This document shows positions 27,305 through 35,239 of a stretch of DNA of 35,239 nt, piece by piece (the first letter of the stretch is position 1; each line of letters starts with the position of its first letter). The notes below the pieces were generated by a model, which ran no database searches, was not told the origin of the DNA, and was given only the letters and a program-made list of their open reading frames with translations. Origin of the DNA: a bacterium (lineage in GTDB: Bacteria; Caldisericota; Caldisericia; B22-G15); contig JAAYUH010000031.1 of NCBI GenBank assembly GCA_012517755.1, positions 1 to 35,239 on the forward strand, read 5' to 3'. The position numbers and the translations under genes are program-made.

Positions 27305-29107
27305 ATGAGAAAAAGATTTTTTTTAATGATTCTTTTGCCAATCTTAATGATTTCTATAAACATTCAAAATTTATCTGCAAAAGATTATTCTATTCCAAAT
27401 GTAAAAATTGATGTAACACTAAATAAAGATGGAAGTGTCTATTTTGTTGAAGAAAGAAGTTATTCTTTTCAAGGGACCTTTTCATTTGGATACTATGATT
27501 TACCAAAAACTGGTTATGAATCTTTAGAAGAATTTTTAGTTTATGAAGGAGATACTCTTTATAAGGATGAGCAAACAAAAAATATTAATACCTATTATAT
27601 TGAAGATACTGGAAATAATTACAGAGTGAATTTTTTCTATAGTGCTACTGATGAAACAAAAACATTTAAATTTATATATAAATTAAAAGGAGTAACAAAA
27701 GTTTACAAAGATTATGGAGAATTTTATTGGAAATTGCAAGGGGTGGGATGGGATAAGAAAATTGGACTGTTTGAATCAACAATAAGACTTTTAACACCTG
27801 TTCCAATGGATGATTATTATATATGGGCTCATGGTCCTCTATGGGGCAATATTGAAAAGGTTGATGATAAAACAATTTATCTGAAAGTTGATGATGTTCC
27901 AGAATATACTTTTGTTGAAGCAAGAATTTTAATTCCATCAAACTATTTTACTGAAGCAAAGAAACTATCTGGAAATATAAAGGATAATGTCATAAATGAA
28001 GAGACAAAACTTGCAAGAGATTCGAATGTAAAAAGAGTTTTAACATCAATTTTATTTTGGTTACCAATTGTAATTTTTGCTCTCCTACTTTTCTATATTT
28101 TTTATCTTTATAATAAATATGGAAAAGAGTATAAAGTCCCAAAAGAATATGATTATATAAGAGAACCACCAAGTGATATTAAACCAGCAGTTTTAGGCCA
28201 CCTTTTAACTTTCGGTTCTTTTAATGATACATTTTTAAAAGCAACAATTATGGATTTAATACATAGAGGAATTATTAATGTTGAAAAAGATCCAAATTCA
28301 AAAAATGACTATATTTTTACTTTAAACAAAAAAGAGGAGGAGCTTCAAGCATTTGAGAAAATTCTTGTTGATAAAATTCTTTTTGACACAAGTGATTCTT
28401 TTACAGTTAAAGAACTAAATAAAAAAATTAAAAAAAATCAAGAACACTATTATTATATTTTTGAGGATTTCAAAAATGAGATTAAAGAGGAAGCAAAAAA
28501 ATATGACTTTTTTGATAAGAAAAGTGAAGGAAAAAGTAATTTTGCAATGGGACTTGGTTGTTTTATTCCAATAGCAGCTATAATTTTAACTGTTATCACG
28601 AGAAATTTGTTATTTTTATTATGGTTGATTCTTGTTCCAATATATTTAATTGTGGGTTCAGCTGCGCTTAAAAGAAGATCTTACAAAGGAAAAGAGGAGT
28701 TCGATAAATGGATGGCACTAAAAAGATTTTTAAATGATTTCTCAAATTTAAAAGAATATGGTCCAAAATCAATTGTTGTATGGGAGAAATATTTAATCTA
28801 TGGAACAATTCTTGGAGTAGCAAAAACTGTCTTAAAAGCATTGAAAATTGTATTCCCTCAAATTGAAGATGTTGAGAATGGGAGATTATTACCAATAGCA
28901 ACAGGTGCTTCATTTGCAAATTTTGATCAGAGTTTTAATTCATTGAATAACGCTATATCAAGAGCAGTATCTGCAACATCATCAGCATATAAAACTTCAA
29001 AAAGCTCATGGAGTTCTGGTGGTGGAGGTGGAGGTGGATTCTCTGGTGGGGGAGGTGGTGGAGGTGGAGGTGGAGGCGGTGGTGGTTCTGGTGGTGGTAT
29101 GGGTTAG
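27305..29107 (+). CDS. DUF2207-family membrane protein with C-terminal poly-Gly tail
   Basis: Signal peptide, N-terminal extracytoplasmic domain, TM helices (WLPIVIFALLLFYIF; IPIAAIILTVI; LLWLILVPIYLIVG) and the characteristic SSGGGGGGGFSGGGGGGGGGGGGGSGGGMG terminus. AAGGAG SD. Confidence 0.7.
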   Translation: MRKRFFLMILLPILMISINIQNLSAKDYSIPNVKIDVTLNKDGSVYFVEERSYSFQGTFSFGYYDLPKTGYESLEEFLVYEGDTLYKDEQTKNINTYYIEDTGNNYRVNFFYSATDETKTFKFIYKLKGVTKVYKDYGEFYWKLQGVGWDKKIGLFESTIRLLTPVPMDDYYIWAHGPLWGNIEKVDDKTIYLKVDDVPEYTFVEARILIPSNYFTEAKKLSGNIKDNVINEETKLARDSNVKRVLTSILFWLPIVIFALLLFYIFYLYNKYGKEYKVPKEYDYIREPPSDIKPAVLGHLLTFGSFNDTFLKATIMDLIHRGIINVEKDPNSKNDYIFTLNKKEEELQAFEKILVDKILFDTSDSFTVKELNKKIKKNQEHYYYIFEDFKNEIKEEAKKYDFFDKKSEGKSNFAMGLGCFIPIAAIILTVITRNLLFLLWLILVPIYLIVGSAALKRRSYKGKEEFDKWMALKRFLNDFSNLKEYGPKSIVVWEKYLIYGTILGVAKTVLKALKIVFPQIEDVENGRLLPIATGASFANFDQSFNSLNNAISRAVSATSSAYKTSKSSWSSGGGGGGGFSGGGGGGGGGGGGGGSGGGMG

Positions 29108-29187
29108 ATAGTAACAAAAGTTCCTGACCCTTTTATTATTTAGAGATTGAATAGCTCTGGAAGCGGTATGTGTTAGATTTATAAATT

Positions 29188-30207
29188 TTATTTTATATTT
29201 GTTTTATATGCTCCAACAGATCTTCTTAATGCTTCAACTTCTTGTGGGTGAACAGATAAAGCACAAGGGGAACCATTTGTCTCAAGGAGATTCTCATTTT
29301 CTCTTATTAATTTAAAAAGTGGGCTTCTCAATGCCTCTTTTAAACTTGAAGTTTTAAGATTATGAGTTGCAATATTAGAAACTGGACATGGTGTTAAATC
29401 ACCCAAAGGTGTTATATGAGCGAAACCCTTTCCAGCAGAAACACAACCTCCAAATTTCTCCTCATCCCCTGGAGAGTGAATTATAAATAATGGTTTATTC
29501 AATCGGAACTCCTTGATTTTATTTCTAAAATTTTCATGTTCTTTTAATTTTAAACATAATTTATTATTATTAATTTCATTTGGTGACATTGGAATATATT
29601 CTGTAAAAAATATTATCTTGATGCCCTTATTTGTTAAAAAATCTATATTTTCAGGGTTCAGGAAGTATTCATAATTTCCCCTTGTAATCGTAACCGATAT
29701 TCCAATTGGTATTCCAATATTATTTAGTTTTTGGATAGTATCCATTGCTTTTTTATAAACACCTTTCCCTCTCCTCCCGTTTGTTAGTTCTGAATCTCCT
29801 TCAATGCTTATAATCATAGCGATGTTCGATGAATTTTTTAATTTTTCATAATCTTTTTTAGTCAGAACTGTGCCATTTGTAAAAATGATGAATGTTCTAT
29901 TTTTAAATTCCAAGCATAAATCAACTAAATTTGGAAATAAAAAGGGTTCTCCACCTGCTATGATAAAGGAAAAAACTCCTATTTCGCTTGCCTCCTTTAT
30001 GACTTTCTTCCAATCTTCAAAATTAAGAGGAGCCTTTGAATTATTCACCTTCTCGAAATTATTTGAGATATTCCCTGCATTGGAAGCAAGACATCCAACA
30101 CACTCTAAATTACATTTTGAAGTTATGCTTAAAATCAAAAATGGGGGGATCATTAAATCATTTTTAAGTTCTTTTTTTCTAATTTTTTTACATAATTTAT
30201 GGGACAT
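29188..30207 (-). CDS. Radical SAM enzyme with C-terminal twitch/SPASM-like Cys region
   Basis: CNLECVGC (Cx3Cx2C), the GGEPFL SAM-binding motif, and C-terminal GGCVSAGKGFAHITPLGDLTPCP....NGSPCA. ATG 30207-30205 overlaps the upstream TAA (TAATG). The track's GTG start at 30213 is the alternative. Confidence 0.8.
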   Translation of the reverse strand: MSHKLCKKIRKKELKNDLMIPPFLILSITSKCNLECVGCLASNAGNISNNFEKVNNSKAPLNFEDWKKVIKEASEIGVFSFIIAGGEPFLFPNLVDLCLEFKNRTFIIFTNGTVLTKKDYEKLKNSSNIAMIISIEGDSELTNGRRGKGVYKKAMDTIQKLNNIGIPIGISVTITRGNYEYFLNPENIDFLTNKGIKIIFFTEYIPMSPNEINNNKLCLKLKEHENFRNKIKEFRLNKPLFIIHSPGDEEKFGGCVSAGKGFAHITPLGDLTPCPVSNIATHNLKTSSLKEALRSPLFKLIRENENLLETNGSPCALSVHPQEVEALRRSVGAYKTNIK

Positions 30208-30509
30208 TAACACATAACATCACTTAATTTTAAATTAGAACCTTTAATTACATCTTTTAACTCTTTTTTCATAATTGTAGTTCCATCTTCTCTATAAAAT
30301 TCTATTTCTATTATTTTTTTCTCTATATCACTCTTATTTAATAAACCAAACCCAATAAAAGAATCTTTAGTTGGATATCTACTGAATTCACTAATTGGAA
30401 CTTGAAAAAATATATCTTTATCTTCACTAATTTCAGGATTTGAACAAATATTTAACCATAATAACCTTATTAATCCTAAAGTTAACAAACTAACCAAAAT
30501 CTTTTTCAT
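30207..30509 (-). CDS. Exported 100-aa hypothetical protein ending in Cys
   Basis: Signal-like N-terminus MKKILVSLLTLGLIRLLWLNIC and C-terminus ..LKLSDVMC. GGTGAAGG SD. Translationally coupled to the radical SAM gene. Confidence 0.6.
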   Translation of the reverse strand: MKKILVSLLTLGLIRLLWLNICSNPEISEDKDIFFQVPISEFSRYPTKDSFIGFGLLNKSDIEKKIIEIEFYREDGTTIMKKELKDVIKGSNLKLSDVMC

Positions 30510-30590
30510 TTTTTACCTTCACCTTTAGATTTTTTACTCTCCTTTCTGTTCCCTACTTAATCATATTATAAAAAAAATAGATTTCAAGAG
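30471..30590 (-). repeat. Copy A of the duplicated promoter/5' UTR/signal-peptide cassette
   Basis: Aligns by eye to 34351-34489. The first ~48 nt (start codon region plus signal-peptide codons) differ by 4 substitutions and one 1-nt indel. Shared upstream blocks: TTTAGAT, CCTTTNTGTTCCCT, ATTATA, an A7-8 run followed by T (poly-A + T), and TCAAG. Confidence 0.75.
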
Positions 30591-30703
30591 GATGCGTAAG
30601 TCTAAACAATCTAAAAATTTAAAATCTTCAATATTAAAAAGTAATCTATAATTATAATTAGTAAACTATCTTTTATTATCCTTAAAAATTTTTCTTAATT
30701 TTT

Positions 30704-32404
30704 TTAATTCAAATTAAATATGGTAATTAAACCTTGAGATGGAGAGACAAGAAACAATTTATTATTTTGGAAAATTAACTCTTCGTATATATATTCTGTT
30801 GAAGATAAAGAATAGTACCATAGAGCTTCTTTTGTATTTCTATCATAACAGATATAATAACTGATTTGATTTTTTTGTTTTGGATAATAAATTGTTTGTT
30901 TAGTAAATAGAAAATTTTTACTGATTCCTAAAATTCTTAAAGAATTATTTACATCTGGAAATTGAAGTAACCATATTTTTTCTCCTTTTATTTTATCTGA
31001 ACAAACAATGTTAAAGCCATTATAACCCGACTGTGATTTCTCATCTATATAATAAACATAATCACCAAATAAAAATTTATTATAACCAGAGAGTGTCCAT
31101 AAAAAATCACCATTATTTCTATTTATAGAAGTAATTGAAGTTATGTTCAAACCACCACGATCTAAAATTAAAACATCTTTGTCACCTATAATTGTTTTTC
31201 CTAAAACTTTATCTGATAATGGAATTTCATATATTTTTTCTAATTTATTTAAATCATATGCATATAATTTATCTTTTGTTCTAACATAAACCTTATTATC
31301 ATAATAGAAGGGATCACCACAAAAGAGTGAATAATTTTCATCAAATTTTTTAAGAATCTCTCCAGTAAATCTATCAAGAATTAAAAAGTGTCTTTTATAA
31401 ATATCATATATAGATAAACTTGAGTCAACCTCTTTACATGTAAATTCGAGTTGCCCTATGAAAGCATATTTATCATCCACTGTTGCAAAAGTGAAGGGAT
31501 CCTCTTCACCCATCTTCATAGCAGATAAAAAATTCCACCAATAATCTAAACATTTTTCATTTACAATATTAATTGTTTTCTCCCAAATAATTTTTTCATT
31601 AATTAAATTAAAACAAGTAAAATAACCAATTGGAATTCTATCTTCAAGGGTTAGATCACTTCCTTTTGGTGGTTGATAGGTTTTTTCTATCCAGTATTCA
31701 AAATAAAAATGATCACCATAAATTTTTATCGGTTTTAATGATAGAAAATTATTAACTTTAATAAAATTTCTTAAATTCCACTTTCTAACTAATTTATAAT
31801 TTTTAAGATCTATCTTTTTAAGTTTGTATTCTTTATCAATTGAATATAAATAATCTCCATCTATAATTGGATAATAGCAATCTTTAAGATATTTCTCTGA
31901 CTCTTTAAGTGGTATTTTTTGAAGTTTAAAATGAAATGACATTTTCTCATTATTTACTAAAATTTCTTCTTCAATTGGTTTATAAGGAGTTTTATAAAGA
32001 TTAATTTTATGTTTACTATAAGAAATATTTTCAATAGTGCATGGGGTCAGTTTATTTGTATCAAAATCATCAATAAAAACCATTGCCCATTTTGGTTCAG
32101 AATCAATATCTAATGTAGAAAATAAAGGAGATAAAGTTAAATTCAATAAAATAGCTCTTTTATCAACTTTAACATCTAATTTTGTATCTTTAAATCCAAA
32201 TTTTTTTAAAACAATCTCATACTCTCCAAATTCTATTTTTTCAAGAACACAGGGAGTTAGCCTTCCTGTATCTTCTCCATTCAAATACATTTTTGCACCT
32301 TGTGGTTCAGAATTTATCTCTATTCTCCCATATTTTATTATGCAAGAGCTGAATGTTAAAGATAAAATTATTAAAATAGAAAGTAAATAAATTTTTTTTC
32401 TCAT
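30704..32404 (-). CDS. Lipoprotein with two PEGA domains and a PQQ-like beta-propeller region
   Basis: Lipobox-like LTFSSC. PEGA repeats: IEINSEPQGAKMYLNGEDTGRLTPCVLEKIEFGEYEI and LDIDSEPKWAMVFIDDFDTNKLTPCTIENISYSKHKI. The C-terminal region has repeated aromatic-W motifs (IWEK, FLWTL, IWLLQ, ALWYY). Confidence 0.6.
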   Translation of the reverse strand: MRKKIYLLSILIILSLTFSSCIIKYGRIEINSEPQGAKMYLNGEDTGRLTPCVLEKIEFGEYEIVLKKFGFKDTKLDVKVDKRAILLNLTLSPLFSTLDIDSEPKWAMVFIDDFDTNKLTPCTIENISYSKHKINLYKTPYKPIEEEILVNNEKMSFHFKLQKIPLKESEKYLKDCYYPIIDGDYLYSIDKEYKLKKIDLKNYKLVRKWNLRNFIKVNNFLSLKPIKIYGDHFYFEYWIEKTYQPPKGSDLTLEDRIPIGYFTCFNLINEKIIWEKTINIVNEKCLDYWWNFLSAMKMGEEDPFTFATVDDKYAFIGQLEFTCKEVDSSLSIYDIYKRHFLILDRFTGEILKKFDENYSLFCGDPFYYDNKVYVRTKDKLYAYDLNKLEKIYEIPLSDKVLGKTIIGDKDVLILDRGGLNITSITSINRNNGDFLWTLSGYNKFLFGDYVYYIDEKSQSGYNGFNIVCSDKIKGEKIWLLQFPDVNNSLRILGISKNFLFTKQTIYYPKQKNQISYYICYDRNTKEALWYYSLSSTEYIYEELIFQNNKLFLVSPSQGLITIFNLN

Positions 32405-33384
32405 TCTACCTTAAATTTTAACATTCTTAATCCATTCTTAGTAATAAACATAAACCAAATTTCACCATTTTCTGTTACTCTATAGAAATAGCCTGATGTA
32501 AAAATAGCATTTTCAATCAAATCTGTTTCAGTAAAATTTAAACTATATAAACTAAAAGAATTAGATTCATCTTCGAATATTAAAATATCAATAAATTCAT
32601 AATTTATTCTTTTCATCAATAAATATGGTCTAAATTTATTATCTACTCCTATTAGTTTTAAATCTATTCTTTCAAAATCAGGGATCAATATTTTCTTAAT
32701 TTCCTTACCTTGACTATCTTTTTTTATAAGCCATATTTTATTAGTTCCAATAGGATCATTTTTCAATAAGTAGAAATTATTTTCATTATCAACTTTTGAA
32801 GTAGAAAAATTAATATTTAATTTTTCTCCATTATGAATTTTTTTGTATATTAACTCGTTATTACAAAAATATCCTAAGAATAGATTATCACTATAATCAA
32901 TATTAAGAGTTATAAAGTGTGGATTTTCAGGAAATAGATAATTTAGTCTTTCATATATATTTATCTTTCCATCAACACATGTAAAAATTTTCCCAAGAAT
33001 TGGGTCAAGAATATAAATTTTACTTTGTGAATCAATCACTAAATCACCTAATCTTTTACTTCCTATACAATTTAAATCTATTGATTTTACGAATTCACTA
33101 TTTTCATCTATAACTAACACCCTTTTTTTAACACTATCAAGTATATATATGTTTTTATCTTTTCCAATAAAAAAGGTTTGTGGATATAAACAAATTCCAC
33201 TTTTATCATTAAGCCAATTAAAACCAACCTCATTTTTATTATCACCATAAGGAATATCAATAATAGTTTCAGGTTTCAAAACAATACTTTTTGCTATTCC
33301 TTTTGATTTTTGTGATTTTATTAAAAAAATTGAACTTAATATTAAAATTAAAGTTATAATTAAAATTAAATATTTTCTTTTCAT
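32401..33384 (-). CDS. Exported hypothetical protein, beta-propeller-like repeats
   Basis: Signal/TM N-terminus and repeated IYILD..K..V.D-type strands (NIYILDSVKKRVLVID, KIYILDPILGKIF). ATGA overlap with the next gene; AAGGAG SD. Confidence 0.45.
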   Translation of the reverse strand: MKRKYLILIITLILILSSIFLIKSQKSKGIAKSIVLKPETIIDIPYGDNKNEVGFNWLNDKSGICLYPQTFFIGKDKNIYILDSVKKRVLVIDENSEFVKSIDLNCIGSKRLGDLVIDSQSKIYILDPILGKIFTCVDGKINIYERLNYLFPENPHFITLNIDYSDNLFLGYFCNNELIYKKIHNGEKLNINFSTSKVDNENNFYLLKNDPIGTNKIWLIKKDSQGKEIKKILIPDFERIDLKLIGVDNKFRPYLLMKRINYEFIDILIFEDESNSFSLYSLNFTETDLIENAIFTSGYFYRVTENGEIWFMFITKNGLRMLKFKVE

Positions 33385-33399
33385 TTTTATTTTCTCCTT

Positions 33400-34389
33400 T
33401 TAAGGATTGTTTGTATCTCCTATAGCATAAAGATAGCCATAGCCACTAATCTTAGTTATTCTCCAATAGCTTAATTTTTCCTCTATAACATAATCCCATG
33501 GATGAAGAATCCATCTATCACCAGAAGCATCTGTATATGTATAAATTGCTACATGATCTAAAGTAGAATCGCTTTCCCAATCAAAAAATAATAGATTAGA
33601 TTGTCTAAGATTTCTAAAATCAGAATAAAATGTTTTTCTTGAAATATAATTTCCTCCTATATTCCAATAAATATTTTGACAATAATTATTTCTTGTTCCA
33701 TTTGGATCTGGTAAACAAAATCCCATTTCAAAAGATACATTTAATACAAACCCACTACAATCTACTGCTCCACTTCCATGAACATTATTACCTTTATACC
33801 AAAATTGATGAGAAATCCCTCCAAGTCCATATGGTGTTCCAATCCAGGTTCTCCCTTGTCTTATATAAGCAATACCTGTAGGATAATTGAACTGATTTAA
33901 TATAAATGAATTTGAAACAACATTGATATTATGATTACTTGCTCTAAGAAGAAAACGATAGGTTCCTTTTTGAATTAGATCAGTGTAAGGATTTCTTAAA
34001 TATGGAGATCTATATCCATCCCAACTAACTGAATAAGTGCCTGGGTTATAATAGGTAGTATCTTTTGCAACTGCAACCTCTTCATACCAATTTCCTGGAC
34101 AATATTGTGATGGGCTACTACAATATATCCAGTAATAATATGGAGATTTATTAACTGTAACGCTTTTTACAATATAAACAGTTACATAGTCACCCTCTGT
34201 TATATTGAATTTTATGGTTACTTTATTAGGATTATTTGGATCATTATTAGGTGTATAAGGATTAGGTGAAGGTTGATTTACAATAGTAATAATTGAAGAG
34301 GAAAACACAAATTTAGAAGGGTTAACGAAGATAAATCCTAATACCACAAATAACCCTAAAATCAACAAACTAACTAAAATCTTTTTCAT
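33400..34389 (-). CDS. Exported NlpC/P60 (C40) peptidase with FlgD-Ig-like N-terminal domain
   Basis: GTPYGLGG....VDCSGFV ... DHVAIY is an NlpC/P60 Cys-His core. GTYSVSWDG....GTYRF is FlgD-Ig/FLgD_ig-like. GGAGG sits 5 nt before ATG 34389; the track's start at 34404 overlaps that SD. Confidence 0.65.
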   Translation of the reverse strand: MKKILVSLLILGLFVVLGFIFVNPSKFVFSSSIITIVNQPSPNPYTPNNDPNNPNKVTIKFNITEGDYVTVYIVKSVTVNKSPYYYWIYCSSPSQYCPGNWYEEVAVAKDTTYYNPGTYSVSWDGYRSPYLRNPYTDLIQKGTYRFLLRASNHNINVVSNSFILNQFNYPTGIAYIRQGRTWIGTPYGLGGISHQFWYKGNNVHGSGAVDCSGFVLNVSFEMGFCLPDPNGTRNNYCQNIYWNIGGNYISRKTFYSDFRNLRQSNLLFFDWESDSTLDHVAIYTYTDASGDRWILHPWDYVIEEKLSYWRITKISGYGYLYAIGDTNNP

Positions 34390-34489
34390 TTTTACCTCCT
34401 TCATCTTTTAGATATTTTCTTTTACCTTTTTGTTCCCTCTCTCACCTCCTTTTATGCTTCAATTATAATCAAAAAAAATCTGTCAAGGG
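34351..34489 (-). repeat. Copy B of the duplicated promoter/5' UTR/signal-peptide cassette
   Basis: See copy A. Copy B carries an extra ~15 nt insertion (CTCTCACCTCCTTTT on the + strand) in the leader. Confidence 0.75.
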
Positions 34490-34617
34490 GTTAAAAATTT
34501 CTATATATTAAAACTCAAATTTATTAAAAAAGTTTCATCTTTAATTTTCTGTTATTTTAAGTATTCTAAATTAGAATAATTAATATTAAATGTTTGTTAA
34601 ATTATTTAGATTATGTA

Positions 34618-35239
34618 TTATTGACATGCCCCCATTTCTTGGACATTCATAATTTTAATAGTATAAAGATTCTTATCAAAGTCAATAGGTGTCTCATATC
34701 CAATAGCACTGTGAGGCCTTTCATTGTTGTAGTAATCAACATACTTACCGATAATCATTCTTGCTTCATAGATATTTCTGAATAGATAGAGGTTAAGGCA
34801 TTCATTTCTTAGCTTATCCATAAATGATTCAATGTAGCCATTTCTTTCGGGTTTCCCTTTTTCAATGAACTCATGTTTTATCCTCTCCTTGAAGAGAAAC
34901 CTGTTTAGGACTCTAGATATGAATTCAGGTCCATTATCAGTTCTTAAGATCTCTGGTTTACCATTTTCTTCAATAGAAGCTTGTAATAATTCTGTTACTC
35001 CATCACCAATTATAGATCTATCAACTTTATATCCTACTACTTTCCTTGTATAGATATCCATTATGATAATTATTCTAATCCCCTTTCCGATTGATAAAGC
35101 ATCATGGATGAAATCCATTGACTATATTTTGTTTCTTTGATCAGGAGAGCTTATAGTAAGAGAAGATGTTGAAGAATGGGTAAATGTTTTCTTCTTTTTA
35201 TTCTTCCTTTCAAGGTTCAGTAATCTGTAGATTCTATAG
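34618..35239 (-). mobile_element. IS3-family transposase OrfB (rve/DDE core) interrupted by an in-frame TAG; 5' part beyond window
   Basis: Motifs seen: MDFIHD, LRTDNGPEF, NGYIESF and ERPHSAIGYETP. The same frame continues upstream to the window edge (YRIYRLLNLERKNKKKK..SPDQRNKI-TAG-SMDFIHD). The TAG at 35124-35122 sits where the conserved Trp (TGG) of the W-x-x-D-F/T motif is expected. Confidence 0.8.

Noticed and set aside
29870-30217. 115-aa + strand ORF antisense to the radical SAM gene. Similar antisense ORFs lie at 32037-32390, 33630-33881, 4946-5206, 8185-8442, 9040-9279, 25250-26443 and 27390-28919.
   Set aside because: All lie entirely inside longer ORFs that carry recognisable family motifs. 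They lack SD sequences and give low-complexity translations, so I treat them as shadow ORFs.
30592-30651. 19-codon + strand ORF (MRKSKQSKNLKSSILKSNL) in the island's internal spacer
   Set aside because: AGAGG abuts the ATG with no spacing, and the ORF lies antisense to the conserved promoter cassette. It is most likely fortuitous.
34481-34486. TTGACA (copy B) and TTGAAA (copy A, 30582-30587) as -35 boxes for the TATAAT in the duplicated cassettes
   Set aside because: Spacers are only 13 and 11 nt, too short for a sigma-70 -35/-10 pair. The hexamers may be a regulator site or belong to another promoter, so no promoter feature was called.
34562-34578. Perfect palindrome TATTCTAA-a-TTAGAATA between the IS remnant and the island
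   Set aside because: It is entirely AT-rich in an AT-rich spacer. Without the other IS end or a second copy, it cannot be distinguished from chance or assigned as an IS terminal repeat or operator.

Overview
Very AT-rich, tightly packed bacterial chromosomal segment. It uses the standard code, has strong GGAGG Shine-Dalgarno sites, and shows many 1-11 nt stop/start overlaps, including convergent gene overlaps. About 40 protein genes are supported; I found no rRNA, tRNA or CRISPR array. Left and centre are mostly housekeeping or envelope genes. These include a PpiC-type PPIase (partial), an archaemetzincin-like protein, rpsT, a frame-broken holA, clpC, and a PATAN/DUF4388-MglB-MglA polarity GTPase module. 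A ten-gene minus-strand array follows: HD-GYP, YjbQ, CbiX-like, AEC transporter, BpsA-type branched polyamine synthase, alr, TlpA-like, CcdA/DsbD, GerMN and an archaeal-type CTP-dependent riboflavin kinase. Next come CIRCE-controlled groES-groEL, an amidohydrolase, a DagK-like lipid kinase, an orphan MocA-XdhC pair, a TetR-SDR pair and an orphan GlmL-like ATPase. The right-hand ~8 kb looks accessory. It starts with a probably leaderless 41-codon hydrophobic micro-ORF fused stop-to-start to a 4-Cys zinc-ribbon gene, followed by a DUF2207 membrane protein. After that is a minus-strand island next to a decayed IS3-family transposase. In the island, an exported 100-aa protein is translationally coupled (TAATG) to a radical SAM enzyme with a twitch/SPASM-like C-terminus. 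A three-gene exported operon sits upstream: FlgD-Ig plus NlpC/P60, a beta-propeller-like protein, and a PEGA plus PQQ-like propeller lipoprotein. The two island transcription units share a duplicated ~120 nt cassette covering promoter, leader and signal peptide. I consider this radical SAM / exported-protein island the best candidate for an undescribed system. All family assignments rest on motif recognition by eye, not on database searches.
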